Of a stretch of 20,644 nt of DNA, positions 11,132 to 20,644 are shown one piece after another. How positions within the stretch are numbered: the stretch's first letter is position 1; each line of letters opens with the position of its first letter. Source of the stretch: Nitrospirota bacterium (GTDB lineage: Bacteria; Nitrospirota; UBA9217); assembly GCA_963818475.1 (NCBI GenBank), contig CAWFSF010000004.1, positions 1-20,644 on the forward strand. The letters run 5' to 3'. Under the pieces are notes generated by a model. The model did no database searches. It worked only from the letters and a program-made list of their open reading frames with translations, and was not told the origin of the DNA. The position numbers and the translations under genes are program-made.

Positions 11132-11969
11132 ATGAAATTCATGAACAAGATGAAGCAGTTTTCATTGCTGATCGTAGCATGCTCGCTGGTGTTCGGAGTT
11201 TCGGATGTCCATGCCCTTATGCAGGGCGATATGGAGGTCTATGGCCTCATAGAGCGCTTCACGTGGAGGGAATTTGACGACGCCGGAGGGCAGATTTTGA
11301 AGGAGTCGGGTCCCCGTTTCGGCGTGGGGGTCGCTTATGCGCACGAGTTCCCCAATCACCTGACCATGAAGCCCAGGATCGAGCTCAACGGCGGTTCTGT
11401 GGATTACGACGGACAAACACAGGCGGGAGTGCCGGCAGCCTACGACGACAAACTATTTCGGGTTCAAATTTGAGCTTGACCTGGGAGGCAGGATCAGGCC
11501 GTCGCAGAGCTTTGTTCTCGAACCCTTTGGAGGCATCGGCTTCAGGTCCTGGTTCCGGGATATTGAGGACACTGTTGCCGCGGACGGATCTTCGCTAGCC
11601 GGGTATACCGAGGACTGGAGCACGTTTTACGGACGCCTCGGGATCAGGGGAGAGCAGTCTTTGGGGCAGGTGAACAAACTGTTCCTGGAGGCAGGGGTGA
11701 AGCTGCCGTTTTACACGGAAAATTATATCGACGACGACAATGTTTCCTACGAGGAAATAACGCTCGAACCAGGCAATAAACCCTCGTTGTTCGCCGAGGC
11801 CGGTGTAAAACTGCAGTCCTTCAGGATCAGCGCCTTTTACGACAGCATGCGCTTCAAAAAATCACCAACAGTCGTGGTTTACGATCCTTCCCTGCCGGGG
11901 TATGTGGGTTATCAGCAGCCCCGGTCGGATGCGGATATGTTCGGCCTGAGGATCGGTGCTTCGTTCTAG
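11132..11969 (+). CDS. Outer-membrane beta-barrel protein (frameshift near 11440)
   Basis: Signal peptide ending VHA, alternating amphipathic strands, and C-terminal FGLRIGASF (BAM-type terminal Phe). GGAGG SD. Confidence 0.8.
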
Positions 11970-12036
11970 GGCCGAAGGTTTATCATCCGATTTAGCAATG
12001 GGATGCCGTTTTTCTCCTGCGTTCAGAAATACGCGT

Positions 12037-13413
12037 TCACTCCGGTTCCTCCAGCTTTCCAAAGGCCTTCAGGACCACTTCGGACAGCGCCGGATGGATG
12101 TGCATGCCCTTGGCAACTGACCAGAGATTGCCGTCCGCTGCCATGGCGTTCACCACCTCCTGGATCAGGATCGAGGCCTGCGGCCCGATAATGTGATACC
12201 CCAGTATCTTGCCGCTCTTCCGAAGCACCACTGCCTTGGCAAACCCTTCCCGCTCCATCATGGCCTCGCCGCGCGCCACATCGGTATACATGGCCTTGCC
12301 CACCAGCAGTTCCTTTTTGCCCATGAGCTTGATCGCCTGCGCTTCGGTAAGCCCCACCGAGGCGATCTCGGGGAAGGAGAAGACGGCATGCGGCACCGTG
12401 AGGTAGTTGATGCGCGACTTTTTCCCGTGAACGGCATTGTGCCAGGCGAGCTCCGCCTCTTCGTTCGCTGCATGGCGGAACATCTTTTTGCCGATGGCGT
12501 CGCCGAAGGACCAGATATTGCTTTTCGTGGTCTCGAAATGGTCGTCCACGACGATATAGCCGCGCTCGTTCGTCTTGACCCCCGTCTTCTCCACCTGCAG
12601 CAGGTCCGCATTCGACCTTCTTCCGGCCGCGATCAGGAGCGTCTGCGCCGCAAGCTCCATGGTCTTGCCGCCCCGTTCGCGGGCCATGACGGTGATGCCG
12701 CCGTCGCTTTTGCGCACTTCCACGGCTTCGGTGTTCGTATGGACCGTCATGCGGCGGGAGAGGGCCGTTTGCAGGAGCTCCGCTATCTCAGGCTCTTCCT
12801 CCGGCACGAGGTGCTGGTTCCGCTGGATGATCGTCACCGTGGTCCCGACGGCCTCGAAGAAATGGGCGAACTCGACCGCGATGTATCCGCCGCCGATGAT
12901 GATCATGCTCTCGGGCCGCTCGGTGAGCTGGAGCGCGCTTTCGTTCGTAAGGTAGGGGACGTCGTCGATGCCTTTTATGGGAGGGATGAGCGGTCTTGCG
13001 CCGGATGCGATGAAGATCGTTTTGCCCTTGATCGTCTGGCCGTTCACTTCGAGCGTATAGTCGCCGGTAAACCGCGCTTCGCCGAAGTAAAAATCGAAGT
13101 CCTTTGCCTTTTCGAGCGCTTCCTGGATGTGGTCGTGGCTCTTCTTGACGTTGCTTCGCATCCGGTCCATGATGGCCTTGAAATCGATTTCCTTGATCTC
13201 GGCCGTGATGCCGAACTTCTTTGCTTCGCGGATCTCCATGATGCGGTCGGCAGGGTAGACGATCAGCTTGGTCGGGATGCAGCCCACGTTCAGGCAGGTG
13301 CCGCCGACGGGCCCTTTGTCCACGAGGGCCACGGTCTTGTTGTGCTCCAGCGCGTCATTCACCAGGTTCGCGCCGGCCCCGGATCCGATGATGATCACGT
13401 CGTATTCTTTCAT
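12037..13413 (-). CDS. Class I pyridine nucleotide-disulfide oxidoreductase (dihydrolipoyl dehydrogenase / mycothione reductase-like)
   Basis: Intact ORF: YDVIIIGSGAG, GGTCLNVGCIPTK redox disulfide, IIGGGYIAVEFA, FGD, and HIHPALSE catalytic His-Glu. GAGGTG SD. Confidence 0.92.
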   Translation of the reverse strand: MKEYDVIIIGSGAGANLVNDALEHNKTVALVDKGPVGGTCLNVGCIPTKLIVYPADRIMEIREAKKFGITAEIKEIDFKAIMDRMRSNVKKSHDHIQEALEKAKDFDFYFGEARFTGDYTLEVNGQTIKGKTIFIASGARPLIPPIKGIDDVPYLTNESALQLTERPESMIIIGGGYIAVEFAHFFEAVGTTVTIIQRNQHLVPEEEPEIAELLQTALSRRMTVHTNTEAVEVRKSDGGITVMARERGGKTMELAAQTLLIAAGRRSNADLLQVEKTGVKTNERGYIVVDDHFETTKSNIWSFGDAIGKKMFRHAANEEAELAWHNAVHGKKSRINYLTVPHAVFSFPEIASVGLTEAQAIKLMGKKELLVGKAMYTDVARGEAMMEREGFAKAVVLRKSGKILGYHIIGPQASILIQEVVNAMAADGNLWSVAKGMHIHPALSEVVLKAFGKLEEPE

Positions 13414-13429
13414 GTTCACCTCTTTCTGA

Positions 13430-13504
13430 ATTGTAGCATGATTAGGAAAAGAGTCAACGCAGGCGATGCTTCACCTTGACTTATGGAGGGAATAACGATA
13501 TAAA
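13430..13504. promoter_or_regulatory. Back-to-back divergent sigma70 promoters
   Basis: Minus strand: TTGACT (13457-13452)-16 nt-TACAAT (13435-13430) with extended TG. Plus strand: TTGACT (13476-13481)-17 nt-TATAAA (13499-13504). Confidence 0.6.
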
Positions 13505-13526
13505 AAAGGTACCATTCAGGTGAATA

Positions 13527-13652
13527 GACTGAAGGCCGAAGACTGAAGGTCAAAGATAAGGCTTGTGCTCAATCACTCAAGAAAATCCTTACGTGAAAGA
13601 TCAGACATCACGTTTTACGACCTTTAGCCTTCAGTCCTACAACCTTCCACCT
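13527..13652. repeat. Inverted pair of heptamer tandem arrays
   Basis: Left arm CTGAAGG CCGAAGA CTGAAGG; right arm CCTTTAG CCTTCAG-T-CCTACAA CCTTCCA. A nested ACGTGA...TCACGT dyad lies in the spacer. Confidence 0.65.
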
Positions 13653-13671
13653 GAAGAGTCACTAAAAAACC

Positions 13672-14187
13672 ATGTTCATCAAGGTTGCAACCAAACAGCA
13701 TATCGAGGCCGTCGAAGCCCTGGCCAAAGAGATCTGGACCGAGCATTACATCCCCATCATCGGCAGAGAGCAGGTGGATTACATGCTCTCCCGGTTCCAG
13801 TCCGCGCAGGCTATTTCGGAACAGATCGCGAACGGTTATCTCTATTTCCTGATCCGGGAAGCGGGGCAGTTCATCGGATATATAAGCGTCCAGCCGAAAG
13901 AACAGGAACTGTTCTTAAGCAAGATCTATGTGCTGTCGTCTCGCCGCGGCAAGGGGTATGGCAGGAAGGCTGTCCGGTTTGTTGAAGAACTGGCGAAAGA
14001 GAAAGGCCTGGGAAAGATCGTTCTCACCGTCAACAAGAACAATACTCTCGCCATCAAAGCCTATGAGGCGATCGGATTTAGGAAAATTGAAGCTCTTGTC
14101 CAGGATATCGGCAGCGGTTTTGTCATGGACGACTATAAGATGGAAAAGGAAATAGAAGAGGAGTCAGGAGTCAGGAGTCAGGAGTAA
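13672..14187 (+). CDS. GNAT family N-acetyltransferase
   Basis: [16 protein letters not shown] acetyl-CoA motif A and [19 protein letters not shown] motif B. Confidence 0.92.
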   Translation: MFIKVATKQHIEAVEALAKEIWTEHYIPIIGREQVDYMLSRFQSAQAISEQIANGYLYFLIREAGQFIGYISVQPKEQELFLSKIYVLSSRRGKGYGRKAVRFVEELAKEKGLGKIVLTVNKNNTLAIKAYEAIGFRKIEALVQDIGSGFVMDDYKMEKEIEEESGVRSQE

Positions 14188-14262
14188 GTGTGAGAAGTCA
14201 GAGTCAGCATGAAAGACCAGGGTCCAAACCTGACCCCGACCCCTGACCCCTGAACCCTGATC
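14160..14262. repeat. Inverted pair of heptamer tandem arrays between convergent GNAT and htrA
   Basis: (GGAGTCA)3-GGAGTAA at 14160-14187 and five CCTGACC-like units at 14229-14262. Confidence 0.8.
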
Positions 14263-14267
14263 CCTCT

Positions 14268-15709
<1,442 letters not shown>

Positions 15710-15773
15710 GATCTCCTCCTTATTAATAGATACAGTTGAACAAAGTTAAACGAAAAATGGAAACATTAGCTCT

Positions 15774-15905
15774 GCCACGAAGGCACGAAGACACAAAGAA
15801 CGTCTACCTCAGAAAACAGCATCTTAAAAGTTTTTGAATATTCTCGGGATTTCAGCGTTTGTTCGTGGCCACTGTGGCAAATCGTTGGTTCCAGTTTGTC
15901 CCGGT
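15774..15905. repeat. CACGAAG-type octamer array with a degenerate inverted arm
   Basis: GCCACGAAGG CACGAAGA CACAAAGA (15774-15799), then TTTGTTCGTGGCCACTGTGGC (15858-15878) and TTGGTTCCAGTTTGTCCCGG. Confidence 0.6.
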
Positions 15906-15980
15906 GAGATACTGCTAAATAACACGCCGTACTCCGTAAGTATAGCGCGCATTTAGCTGGTTGCCCAGCAGGTGCAAATA

Positions 15981-16009
15981 ATTATAAAAAAAATGATCTC
16001 CGCAGTCAA
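15981..16009 (-). promoter_or_regulatory. sigma70 promoter about 270 nt upstream of htrA
   Basis: TTGACT (16009-16004)-17 nt-TATAAT (15986-15981). Confidence 0.75.
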
Positions 16010-16033
16010 GAGGGTGAAAATGAACAGGGCGGG

Positions 16034-17110
16034 CTAGAGGGATACGGTCAGCTCCAGGCGGGCGCTGTCGAGGAAGAGGAGGTGACCTTCGACCTTGTTC
16101 AGGCGGAACAGTTCCTTGATTGCTTCGCAGTAGACCAGTACCTGGGGGCGATAGTGAGCTTTCCAGGCAGCGCTCGGTTTCGTCCGGGCGTCGATGGCCT
16201 TATAATCGATGACAAATCCGGCGTCTCCCTGGATGACCACCCGGTCCATGATGCCGCTGATGAGCGTTTGTCCGCGGCGGCAGATGAAGGGCAGTTCGGA
16301 ATAGGAGGTGTCGAGTTTCTCAAAGATCCACGCGAAGTTCGGCGTGTGGAGCATTTTTTTCAGTACCGCATCGGCGTCGGCGGCGAAGACGGCCGCACCT
16401 CAGGGCTGACAGCATGCATCTCGGGGTATTCGTCGATGATGCGGTCAAGTTAAATACGCCCGTCTTCGTATGTTCCTCAAGACAGCGGTGCAGGATGCTT
16501 CCGCGCGTAAGCGGCGATATAGCAATTCGCTCTTTTCCCGGGAGAGGCGCTCGGCGGCATCTTCCCGGTCCCGCGAAATGAGGTCAGTGGCGGTTTTCCA
16601 TTTGAGCGAGGTGGAAGAAGGAACGGGCGCGATGTTCTCCAGGATGATTTGCGCGTTGACCATTGTGCGCGTTTCTTCCTTCTGCTCCTCCTGGAAAACG
16701 CCCGCCTGCAGCACAGGAAGCATCTCTGCCTGCCACTCAGGATAGGCGGAAACCGTTACACCAGGGCCGTCCGGCTGCGACCGTCCGCGCTCACGGGGAT
16801 AGCCTGATGCAGGTAGTTGAGCCAGGCGCTCTCCTTGAACGGTTTACTGTTCTTATCCAGCGTCCCGATCATGACCAGGCAGTCCCGGGCGCGCGTCATC
16901 GCCACGTAGAGCAGGCGCTGGTGCTCCCGCTGGAACTCTGCTTCTCCTGGTCCCACAGCTTCATACAGGGGGTTGTCCCCATCCTTGACTGCCAGCCTCA
17001 TTCCGCTGCTGCTGTTCTCCACTATCGCCAGCGGGCCGGTGGTTACCGATCGCGGCTGCTGGTTCACGGCGGGCAGGAAAACGACCGGAAATTCCAGACC
17101 TTTTGCCTTG
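16034..17110 (-). CDS. 3' fragment of an AddA/UvrD-like helicase with C-terminal PD-(D/E)xK nuclease (5' part missing; frameshifted)
   Basis: KAKGLEFPVVFLP (motif V), EHQRLLYVAMTRARDCL (motif VI), and nuclease motifs SELPF, SGIMDRVV, VIDYK and QVLVY. Confidence 0.88.
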
Positions 17111-17195
17111 TTTTTGACCCGATTGACGCAGAAAAATTGGAGACCTTATCCCAGTATCCCGGGGCTGTTTCGGTCTGGTTAACAACGGTGTTCAT
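17111..17195 (-). CDS. 5' fragment of a hypothetical protein, truncated at the junction
   Basis: AGGTGA SD, then MNTVVNQTETAPGYWDKVSNFSASIGSK. Starts 2 nt after the stop of the upstream gene. Confidence 0.5.
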
Positions 17196-17197
17196 TT

Positions 17198-17600
17198 TTA
17201 TTTCACCTTTTTCTCTTCTGTCTGAATCTTACCTATCATGTTGTCCAGTTTTCTGACTTTGACATAATTCTCGAGCCTGTCCAGTCGCTTCTCGACGAGT
17301 TTCCCGGGCAAAAATATTTGTTTCGAGAGTTATGTTCTCGTCTTCCACGTTTCTGATTTCTGCTGTCTGTTCGTGAGCCGGGTAAAGGGATACGCCTTGC
17401 GCGTTATCATCCCATCTTGGATAATCTTGAGCCTTTGTCCTGTTCCGACTGGGTGCTGTATTAGAGGCTTTCATCAGGCGAATTTCGCGAACTATTAGGT
17501 AGATAATTATTATAATAAATAAGCCAAGAATTACCATGAAAGATGTGTCATTAATGGGAACGTTGTGACACGTATACTACGGTCTGCGGGGTTGTATTAA
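17198..17600 (-). CDS. Hypothetical protein with an N-terminal TM helix and coiled-coil tail (frameshifted; start uncertain)
   Basis: FMVILGLFIIIIIYLIVREIRLMK. The shifted frame gives LVEKRLDRLENYVKVRKLDNMIGKIQTEEKKVK* (TAA at 17198-17200). GAGGTGA SD near 17609-17615. Confidence 0.6.
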
Positions 17601-17693
17601 TAATAAGTATCACCTCTCTGATTTAATAAATAAAATCACGTTCATAAGGAAATCCACCGGGATAGAGATCGTCTTTCCCCTTCACCTTTTTTT

Positions 17694-18086
17694 TCACGGT
17701 GTTGCTGCACTGCCAGCGGCTTTTCCCACTGCGGCCCCGGCTTTCTTGTCTACGGCAGCTACATCACCACGCTTATTTGCCCCGGCAGATACGTCACCGG
17801 CAGTTTTTGATGCCTTTTCCTTGAGTCCGAGGGATTCCGATCGATACCTCTTGACCTTCACCGAGTCCAAGAGACTCACGTGCTCTTCACTGACCCGGAT
17901 TTCATTCTTCCAACCATGGTGTCAGAAATAACCGTGACGGTGACTGTTTTTTTCGCAGTTTCATTGATGAGATCAATGTGATCACCGTTGACAATATGGA
18001 GATCCGTAAGTCTGAGTTAGTGGATTCGTACCCGTCCGTGGCTGGGAAAAGCACATTTTTTTGATTTTGAGGGTTAAGTTATCCAT
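17694..18086 (-). CDS. Hypothetical protein, possibly with a double-psi beta-barrel (CDC48-N-like) domain and an Ala/Lys-rich tail (frameshifted)
   Basis: Stitched frames: MDNLTLKIK-KCAFPSHGRVRI...LHIVNGDHIDLINETAKKTVTVTVISDTMVG-NEIRVSEE..., ending AAVGKAAGSAATP*. AT-rich TATA-like box upstream. Confidence 0.5.
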
Positions 18087-18352
18087 ACTCCTAAAGTTGC
18101 TCTATAATAATTAAATGTTTGTCTGTTCAGATATTGAAAATCGTTACCAATAGCAGTAATAACGACTAGTTAACTACCTGCAAAAAGCACAAAGGGATTC
18201 CGGTCTTTTTTAGAATCGATGACCCGGTTGAGGGTAACAGGTGAATATTTGTGGTAATGGAGTGGTGGAAAAATAGGATAAATTTTGTAGTTGTGGCACT
18301 AACACGGTATTAGGAAACCCGTGCAAACCGATTCCTTTACGGTCATACTACC

Positions 18353-18874
18353 ATGAATACAAAGAACTTATCATGCATTGTCTGGGGCATTATCGGGGTA
18401 ATTTTCGGGGCTTTTGACTCTGCTTTCCCGATCCGGAACTCATGCTTGCAACTTTTTATGTTATATTTCTTGTACTGATCGGACTGGTTATCGCACTGTC
18501 TCTTCTCCTCGCCATCACTTCCGACAGCGATGAATCATTGTTCTGGTTTGGTCTCTCGGCAGGATTGCTCATCTTGGAGTCGTTTGCATTTTTAGTGCAG
18601 CAATCTTCGCGATCATTTTTATGCTAATTGTCGCCGGAATCGCATTTTACAATGGGTTCACCGATATCACGCTTGCACTCACCCATCCAGGAACCAGATA
18701 TCTTCTTATTCCCGGGTATGTTTATGTGCGGTATATCCTCTTCCCGTTGTACTCTGGTATTTTCCTGATTATTCAGAAAATCCCGTGATCGTTATCCTTG
18801 GCACGTTCGCTTTTGTGTTTGTCCTTTTCTCGATCCTGATGGGCTATTTCCAGAAAGAGACAGATATCCGGTAG
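18353..18874 (+). CDS. Polytopic membrane protein, HdeD/DUF308-like (frameshifted; end uncertain)
   Basis: Successive hydrophobic segments across frames: IVWGIIGVIFG, FYVIFLVLIGLVIALSLLLAI, LFWFGLSAGLLIL, and others. Confidence 0.55.
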
Positions 18875-18983
18875 GAGCATGAATCGACGTCTCGGAACCC
18901 ACTGGATTGTTTCATGAACAGTAAGGAAAAACAACTCCCGGTTCCTTACGAACGACGTACAGGATTTAAGTGTGTCGGTTTCC

Positions 18984-20113
18984 ATGTCGTACGATGTTAT
19001 AGTCATCGGTGCCGGTCCACCCGGCAGCGCAGCAGCATCCGAATGCGCACGGCGGACTCCGACCCTCTGCATCGAGGAGCACGGTACTATCGGTTCCCGG
19101 TCCAGTGTCCCGGACTCCTGTCGAATGCTGCCTTTGCAGAATGCCGGGTATCAGGACGACGGGTCCTCCCCGGGTACCCGGTGCACGGGTTGTATCCGGT
19201 CTGGGCAGCGAGATCCTTATCGATGCAAAGATCCAAAGGCAGTCGTTGCCGACAGGGGATCACTTGACCGTGAGATGGCAGAATCTGCGGCAAACTCGGG
19301 GGCGGAATTCCTCTTAAAAACTGCGGCGTCTGGCATTCGGGGAACTACGCTCTTACACGGGGCGGGAACGGGCATCCAGAAATCCCGTTCAGACTCTTAA
19401 TCGCTGCGGATGGTCCGCGGAGTCCCGTTTCCCGTATCCACAGAATGCCCCGTGCAAAGACGTATCTTCCGGGTGTCCAGGTCGATCTGCTCAGAATGCG
19501 ATCCCCGATTTGTGGAAATTTATCCTGATGCATTCACCCGACTTTTTCGCATGGATGATTCGACCGGAAAGGACCGGGTGCGTATGGGGACTGTGCGGGC
19601 AGTCGGAGGTATCGGCCCGATTGGGGCGTTCTCAAAAGAATGTGGTTAGACTGCACACATTATGTCACCGGAACCCTTCCGCTTGGCCTTATGCCAAAGA
19701 CGTACGGTCACCGCACCCTGTTTGTTGGGGATGCTGCCGGGTTTGCCAAACCCACTTCCGGGGGGGGAGTATATACCGGTATCCGCCCGCCCGTCACGCA
19801 GCCTCAATTGCGGCTGTCTGTTGTGAAACTGATATATTTACTGATCGGCTCTTGCTGCGTATGAACAACGATGGAAGGCAGATATGGGATGGGATCTGGT
19901 CTCGTTTTACGGATTTTTCAGATGCGTCAGACAATCTCGGCCAGGAAATGGATGCGTTGATCCGTGCACTGAGTGATCCGGATATTGTTCACACGATCGT
20001 TGAATATGGGGATATGACCGCCGGTGTTCTGGTCAGGAAACTTCTGCTCAAACCTGCTATTTCAGGTGTGCAGCCCCACTTTCCGGTCAGGACTTCTGTC
20101 ATTGTTCAGATAA
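18984..20113 (+). CDS. Geranylgeranyl reductase family FAD-dependent oxidoreductase, archaeal type (many frameshifts)
   Basis: MSYDVIVIGAGPPGSAAA, IEEHGTIG-PVQCPGLLS, DRGSLDREMA, LIAADG, YVTGTLPLG, LFVGDAAGFAKPTSGGGVYTG and IVEYGDM. Confidence 0.88.
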
Positions 20114-20285
20114 CTAAAAAACAAAAACCAGGGTTCAAACCCTCGTGTTTACAAACAGCATAATCCCTTGCAGCATTTGCAATTTTATTTGGCTCTCGTG
20201 TTGAAAGACCCGGAAAAACGATTCTGAAAATACTCCTGCCATTAGTCCTGGAGTTATACTGGCCGGAACAGTTATGGTGAAAAAA

Positions 20286-20565
20286 TTATGGCCGGGGACC
20301 GGATTTGGTCATCTTTTTTGACGGTTTAATGGGTCCCGGTGGATTTGTATGAGAGGGTAATTCATCACCATGAGGATGGGAGTGGGGTGTATGCTTTGGA
20401 GAAAGAACAGGTTTTTTTATGGTTTTATGCGGGGGGTGGGGAAGGGGATGATCGGAAGGATGATGTCGGGCATCTTCAAGATGTCGTTCCCTGTTCTTGC
20501 TGGGTCCGGCTTTGAGGCGAGGAGTTGTATCTGGTTTCCGGCTTTTGTACACGTCTCGGTGACAT
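20286..20565 (-). CDS. Small basic, low-complexity hypothetical protein (probable frameshift near start)
   Basis: K/H/P-rich ORF at 20286..20552. An ATG at 20565 lies about 20 nt downstream of a TTTATAT TATA-like box. Confidence 0.35.
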
Positions 20566-20644
20566 ACTCAGTAATCTCTTTGTGAGATATAAAGGAACCG
20601 GTTTACCGCGAAATCCTAGACCTATGGAGTATCCGCGTCACAGT

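Noticed and set aside
12193-13479. 428-aa plus-strand ORF
   Set aside because: Antisense shadow of the disulfide reductase gene.
13563-13985. 140-aa ORF overlapping the GNAT gene
   Set aside because: It starts in repeat-derived sequence and overlaps the real gene in another frame.
14160-14262. CRISPR array
   Set aside because: The units are 7 nt with no unique spacers, and no cas genes are present.
15905-15975. c-di-GMP riboswitch or tRNA
   Set aside because: The GGGCAACC hairpin only superficially resembles the GEMM motif; its second stem and tRNA D/T-loop consensus are not seen.
16961-17195. Novel fusion protein across the junction
   Set aside because: The upstream ORF is out of frame with the helicase motif, and the join is probably an artefact.

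Overview
This is an indel-rich window, consistent with an unpolished long-read or metagenomic consensus: most genes are split by single-base frameshifts. It consists of two unrelated segments. Positions 1 to ~17110 are GC-rich bacterial DNA from a Gram-negative organism, with sigma70 promoters and GGAGG Shine-Dalgarno sites; the gene style suggests Nitrospirota or a related anaerobe (inference). This segment carries larC, larB, gpsA, a Zn-dependent polyol-type dehydrogenase, lsrF, a C-GCAxxG-C-C protein, a small membrane protein, YdcF/DUF218, a MarR-CDGSH-DoxX operon, a lipoprotein, typA, an outer-membrane beta-barrel, a flavoprotein disulfide reductase, a GNAT, htrA/degP and the 3' part of an AddA/UvrD-like helicase-nuclease. 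At ~17111 the helicase is cut inside motif V and joined to AT-richer DNA that looks archaeal (Methanomicrobiales-like), with GGTGA SD sites, TATA-like boxes and a geranylgeranyl-reductase family gene; this is most likely an assembly chimera. The main lead is the orphan lsrF plus dehydrogenase pair, whose chemistry fits an oxidative/thiolytic salvage of 5-deoxyribulose-1-phosphate to acetyl-CoA + DHAP (hypothesis). Other leads are a MarR operator controlling a CDGSH-DoxX operon, a structured long leader upstream of htrA, a near-leaderless gpsA, and families of short tandem/inverted intergenic repeats. No rRNA, tRNA, CRISPR array or transposase was recognised.
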